Shown: positions 52,017 to 57,279 of the stretch, in pieces
How the letters are laid out: every line of letters begins with the position of its first letter
How positions within the stretch are numbered: the first letter of the stretch is position 1
Source of the DNA: Chiloscyllium plagiosum
Lineage: Eukaryota
DNA: 57,279 bases
Direction of reading: 5' to 3'
Assembly: GCF_004010195.1 (NCBI RefSeq)
Contig: NC_057718.1
Span: 95,307,570 to 95,364,848 of the forward strand
The notes under the pieces: generated by a model
The model's database searches: none
Seen by the model: the letters and a program-made list of their open reading frames with translations, nothing else
Told to the model about the DNA's origin: nothing
Position numbers and translations under genes: made by a program

Positions 52017-52440
52017 AGGATACATGAACATTAACTAGCCACAAAAATGACATGACACTCTCTCACTACTATCCTTACATATGGATGAGGAACGACACCA
52101 CTTCGACTGGAACAACATGTCCATCCTAGGACAAGCCAAACAGAGACACACAAGAGAATTCCTAGAAGCATGGCATTCCAACTGGAACTCTATCAACAAA
52201 CACATTAACATGGATCCCATTTATCTCCCCCTGAGAAAAAGAACAGGAAATTATATCACCATAGGAAATGATGTCACCACAGGAAATGACATCACCAATC
52301 CAAGGAAACCCAAACATACAAATAGAAAGCAGGAAACAGCAGCAGTGCTTCGACCGGGGGCTCACTGAAGATGTTACCTAGTATGGTGATGAAATGTCTG
52401 AAAATGAACCTTCCAGCTTAGCGAGCAAACTTACATACAA
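52017..52440 (+). mobile_element. Penelope-like element 3' end (second family)
   Basis: HHFDWNNMSILGQAKQRHTREFLEAWHS..SINKH..DPIY (GIY-YIG C-terminus). Confidence 0.85.
52362..52401 (+). ncRNA. Minimal hammerhead ribozyme motif (Penelope type)
   Basis: TCA-CTGAAGA-T-GTTACC-TAGTAT-GGTGAT-GAAA-TGTC-TGA: 3-bp stem I, 6-bp stem II, GTC cut triplet. Confidence 0.7.
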
Positions 52441-52499
52441 ATATTTTGTTTATGTTTGTGGAATGCTAATTGCTCATGTAACACAGTTAAATGAGATTA

Positions 52500-53790
52500 C
52501 ATGCTACACAGGAGAAACCAATGACAGGACCTCTGCTCTTTGGGATTTTTCATAAATGATTTGGATGAAGAAATGGAAGGGTGGCTTAGTAAGTTTGCCG
52601 ATGACACAGGTTGGTGGACTTGCAGGTAGTGTGGAGACATTGACAGGATGCAGAACTGGGCTGAGAATGACAAATGGAGTTCATCCTGGAAAAGTGTGAA
52701 GTGATTCATTTTGGAAGGTTGAACTTGAATGCAGATTGCAGGGTAAAAGGCAGGATTCTTGTCAGTGTGGAAGAACAGAGGGATCTTGGGGTCCATGTCC
52801 ATAGATTCCTCGAAGTTGCCACCCAAGTTTATATGGTCATTAAGAAGGCATTTAGATTTAGATTTAGATTAGATTACAGTGTGGAAACAGGCCCTTCGGT
52901 CCAACAAGTCCACACCGACCCGCCGAAGCGAAACCCACCCATACCCCTACATTTACCCCTTACCTAACACTACGGGCAATTTAGTATGGCCAATTCACTT
53001 GACCCTGCACATCTTTGGATGGTGGGAGGAAACCGGAGCACCCGGAGGAAACCCACGCAGACACAGGGAGAACGTGCAAACTCCACACAGTCAGTCGCCT
53101 GAGGCGGGAATTGAACCCGGGTCTTTGGCGCTGTGAGGCAGCAGTGCTAACCACTGTGCCACCGTGCCGCCCACCGTGCCCAATATGGTGTTTTGGCATT
53201 CATTAGCAGGAGGATTTAGTTTAAGAGCCGCGAGGTTATGCTGCAGCTCTATAAAGTCCTGGTGAGACCACACTTGGAATATTGTATTTAGTCCTGGTTG
53301 CCTCATTATAAGAAGGATGTGGAAGCTTTAGAGAGGGTGCAGAGGAGATTTACCAGGATGCTACTTGGACTGGAGAGCATGTCTTATAAAGAAAGATTGA
53401 GGGAGCTAGGACTTTTCTCATTGGAGCGAAGAAGGAAGAGAGGCAACTCGACAGAGGTGTACAAGATGTTGACAGGCATAGATAGAGTGAATAGTCAGAG
53501 ACTTTTTCCAGGACGGAAATGGCAATCACGAGGGGACATAATTTTAAGGTGATTGGAGGAAGGTTTAGGGGAAATATCAGAGGTAGGTTCTTTACACAGA
53601 GAGTGATGGAATGCACTGCCAGCAGTGGCAGTTGAGTCAGAGACATTAGGGACATTTAAGTGACTCTTGGATAAGCACATGGATGATCGTAAAATGTAGA
53701 GTATGTGGGTTAGTTTGATCTTAGAGTAGGACAAAAGGTCGGCACAACATCAAGGGCCGAAGGACCAGTGCTGTGCTGAATTGTTCTATG
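52500..53790 (+). mobile_element. CR1/HER1 LINE 3' part with a nested HE1 SINE
   Basis: SKFADDT, EKCEVIHFGRLN, PHYKKDVEALERVQRRFTRML. Confidence 0.9.
52850..53181 (-). mobile_element. HE1-type V-SINE, young and CpG-rich
   Basis: (tttaga)n tail, intact V-domain, duplicated head 'ccaccgtgcc'. Confidence 0.92.
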
Positions 53791-55064
53791 TGATACTAAG
53801 TGAACACTGTTTTGAAAGGGATCCCAAAATTCAACAATACCAGGTCTCATTGTGCGTGTAGTTGCTCATTTCACACAGTTTGCTGTGAGTAGGATGTTCA
53901 GCTATGGGGTAGCACTTCTCTTTTCATGAGAAATCAGTTAGAAAATCAGAAGGAAGGTAGTTAAAATAAAGCTGAGGGCATATTTTTAATATCAAGATGT
54001 TTAGTCATTTAGTAGGACACACCTTAAGAACTTGCAAAATCAAATCTAAAGCCTGAGCTTGCAAAGCTCAAAACAAGTGTCTAATATAAGCTTTGATTCC
54101 ACACATATGCTAAATAATTCCAAGTGTTGTAGAAGTTATGCAGGCTGCTTACGACTGTGACATCTGACCAAGGATCTACTCACAGTTAGGCAACTGCATA
54201 AAAATGACACCACGACAGAACATAATAATATTAATGCACAGTGTTTATCCTTCATTCCAGCAATAGTCCAAATTCTACATTCATCATCTGTCCCCATTTC
54301 TCCATATTCAACAGCAACTTGCCATTCACATGGCACTTTTAACATCATCAATTGTTCCCAAACCATTTCACTTGAAAGTTATCAAATGAAAGTTGACACT
54401 GAGTCACTTAAAGAGATATTAGAGTAGGCAAGAGAAGGCTTTAAAGAAGGGGGGATGGGGTGTAGGCTCTATAAGACCTTAAAGATAGAGAGTACAGAGA
54501 CAGAAACGCACAGGCGCTCAGCACTGCTAGCTGGCCTTGCCAGATCTGCCCATCATCCAACACTTGGGCCATTTTTTAGTAAGGAATTCCCCCTGTGCTA
54601 TGGTGGCCCAGCTGTTGTTTCTATTCTTCCTTTAAAGTTTTAAAACATTTGGAGAGGGGACACATGAGTATATGCCGTCTCCCTTACTTAACAGGAAAGG
54701 TAGTCTGCTATTTCTTCTGAGCTGGTGGTCTTCCTACCAGCTTTACAAGTTTTTCCACTGCCCTAATCTGAATGTTGAACCTGCTCCTGGCTACTAACTG
54801 GCAAATTTGAAGAAAATCACTGCCAGGCCAACACTCCCCACAAGCGATCATTCCTGACTCCCATTTGTCACTGGCATCAGTTGTATGGGGAGAGAAGCCT
54901 GCCCTCGAGGTTAGAGAGTTGAAAGGTTTACACAGGGTGTTCAGAGGGTAACTGAAGGCAGGCGAGTCTGGAATGGGTTGCCACATCAGAGTTTTGCATG
55001 GTCAGAAGCAAAGGAACAGCAACATGATGATCTACTTTTCGCTTTAACTGAACAACAACCCATT

Positions 55065-56855
55065 TCACTCCAGAAGAGGTGGGGCTAAAAGCAAGTCAAA
55101 CAGTCAGGGCAGGCAGGAACAAAGATTAGAACCAGGTTGGACTGATAAGTTAAATTGCATTTGTTTCAATGCAAGAGGCCTAACAGGGAAGGCAGATGAA
55201 CTCAGGGCATGGTTAGAAACATGGGACTGGGATATCATAGCAATTACAGAAATATGGCTCAGGGATAGACAGGACTGGCAGCTTAATGTTCCAGGATACA
55301 AATGCTACAGGAAGGACAGAAAGGGAGGCAAGAGAGGAGTGGGAGTGGTGTTTTTGATAAGGGATAGCATTACAGCTGTGCTGAGGGAGGATATTCCCAG
55401 AAATAAATCCAGGGAAGTTATTTAGGTGGAACTGAGAATTAAGAAAGGGATGATCACCTTACTGGGATTGTATTATTAGATTAGATTCCCTACAGTGTGG
55501 AAACAGGTCCTTCAGCCCAATCAGTCCACACCGACCCTCCAAAGGGTATCCCACCCAGACCCATTTCCCTCTGACTAATGCACCTGACACTATGAGCAAT
55601 TTAGCATGGCCAATTCACTTGATCTGCACATCTTTGGACTGTGAGAGGAAACAGGAGCCCCGGAGGATACCCACACAGACAAGGGGAGAATGTACAAACT
55701 CCACACAGACAGTCACCCAAGGCTGGAATAAAACCTGGGACCCTGGTGCTGTGAGGCAGTAGTGCTAACCACTGAGCCGCCGTGCCGCCCCACTGACGGT
55801 ATTAGGCAAGAACTTTCAAAAGTGACTGGGGGCAAATGTTCCGTAATAGCCAGTGAGAAATTGGAAATTGAAAAACAAATTTGTAAGGAGATCTCAGTTA
55901 TCTGTAAGAATAATAGGGTGGTTATGGTAGGGGATTTTAACTCTCCAAACATAGAGCTGAACTGCCATAGTGTTAAAGGTTTAGATGTAGAGGAATTTGT
56001 TAAGTGTGTACAAGACAATTTTCTGATTCAGTATGTGGATGTACCTACTGGAAAACTTGACCTACTCTTGGGAAATAAGGCAGGACAGGTTACTGAGATG
56101 TCAGTGGGGGAGCACTTTGGGGCCAGTGACCATATTTCTATTTGTTTTAAAATAGTGATGGGAAAGGATTGACCAGATCTAAAAGTTGAAGTTCTAAATT
56201 GGAGGAAGGCTAATTTTGACGGTATTAGGCAAGAACTTTCCAAAAGCTGATTGGAGGCAGATGTTCGCAGGTAAAGGGACGGCTGGAAAATGGGAAGCCT
56301 TCAGAAATAAGATAACGAGAGTCCAGAACCAGTATATTCCTGTCAGGGTGAAAGGAAAGGCTGGTAGGTGTAGCGAATGCTGGATGACTAAAGAAATTGA
56401 GGGTTTGTTTAAGAAAAAGAAGGAAGCATATGCCAGGTACAGACAGGATAGATCGAGTGAATCCTTCGAAGAGTATAAAGGCAGTAGGAGTATACTAAAG
56501 AGGGAAATCAGGAGGGCAAAAAGGGGACATGAGATAGCTTCAGTAAATAGGAGAATCCAAACCGTTTTTACAAATACATTAAGAACAAAAGTGTAACTAG
56601 GGAGAGAATAAGGCCCCTTAAAGATCAGCAAGGAAGCCTTTGTGTGGAGCCATAGGAAATGGGGGTATTTTGCACAGTGTTTACTGTGGAGAAAGACATG
56701 GAAGATATAGAACGTAGGGAAATAGATGGTGACATCTTGGAAAAGGTCCATATTACAGAGGAGGAAGTGCTGGATGTCTTGAAATGCATAAAAGTGGATA
56801 AATCCCCAGGACCTGATCAGGTGTACCCTATAACTCTGTGGGAAGCTAGGGAAGT
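55065..56855 (+). mobile_element. CR1/HER1 LINE 5' half (APE endonuclease and linker)
   Basis: FNARGL..KADEL..DIIAITE.W, VGDFNSPNI, LDLLLGN, ASDH, DKSPGPDQVYP. Confidence 0.92.
55477..55792 (-). mobile_element. HE1-type V-SINE nested in CR1
   Basis: 'tagattagattccctacag...ccactgagccgccgtgccgcccc'. Confidence 0.9.
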
Positions 56856-56857
56856 AG

Positions 56858-57279
56858 AGAATAGACAATAGGTGCAGGAGTAGGCCATTCTGCCCTTCAA
56901 GCCTGCACCACCATTCAATATGATCATGGCTGATCATCCTTAATCAGTATCCTGTTCCTGCTTATCTCCATAACCTTTGATTCCACAATCCTTAAGAGCT
57001 CTATTCAACTTTCTTAAATGAATCCAGAAACTGGGCCTCCACTGCCCTCTGGGGCAGAGCATTCCACACAGCCACCACTCTCTGGGTGAAGAAGTTTCTC
57101 CTCATCTCTGTCCTAAATGGTCTATCCTGTATTTTTAAGCTGTGTCCTCTGGTTCGGGACTCACCCATCAGCGGAAACATGTTTCCTGCCTCCAGAGTGT
57201 CCAATCCTTTAATAATCAGATCCCTTCTCAGCCTTCTAAACTCAAGGGTATACAAGCCCAGTCACTCCAGTCTTTCAGC
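56858..57279 (-). mobile_element. CR1 LINE 3' end, runs off the window
   Basis: YTLEFRRLRRDLI..RTRGHSLKI...RRNFFTQRVVAVWNALP. Confidence 0.9.

Noticed and set aside
56194..56937. 247-aa minus-strand ORF
   Set aside because: Antisense shadow of CR1 ORF2
1..57279. CRISPR arrays, operons, rRNA genes
   Set aside because: No regularly spaced repeats or rRNA sequence; this is vertebrate intronic/intergenic DNA and most short ORFs are chance or TE-derived

Overview
Eukaryotic, AT-rich, repeat-dense vertebrate DNA. The repeat set (HE1-type V-SINEs, HER1/CR1 LINEs, Penelope-like elements with palindromic termini, Deu-type SINEs) points to a shark; this assignment is inference. The only host coding sequence I can support is the terminal coding exon of SHLD1 (shieldin complex subunit 1, C20orf196) at 31355-31782 (+). 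No upstream SHLD1 coding exon was found, so the first ~31 kb is probably intron and the rest 3' UTR/intergenic. Other content: decayed CR1, Penelope, Rex1/Babar, L1, Harbinger and pogo-type elements, solo LTRs, and a tRNA-Trp(CCA) copy abutting a SINE. Best observations: (1) a solo 'extended LTR' (U3-R-U5 / ~875 bp foreign DNA / R-U5, bounded by a GGGAG TSD) that looks like a fossil read-through transduction; (2) minimal hammerhead ribozyme motifs in Penelope termini; (3) a 74-bp locally templated inverted insertion that replaces one such ribozyme at its predicted cut site; (4) a probable decayed retroviral integrase plus env-like remnant. Repeat boundaries are approximate and family names come from motif recognition, not a database search.
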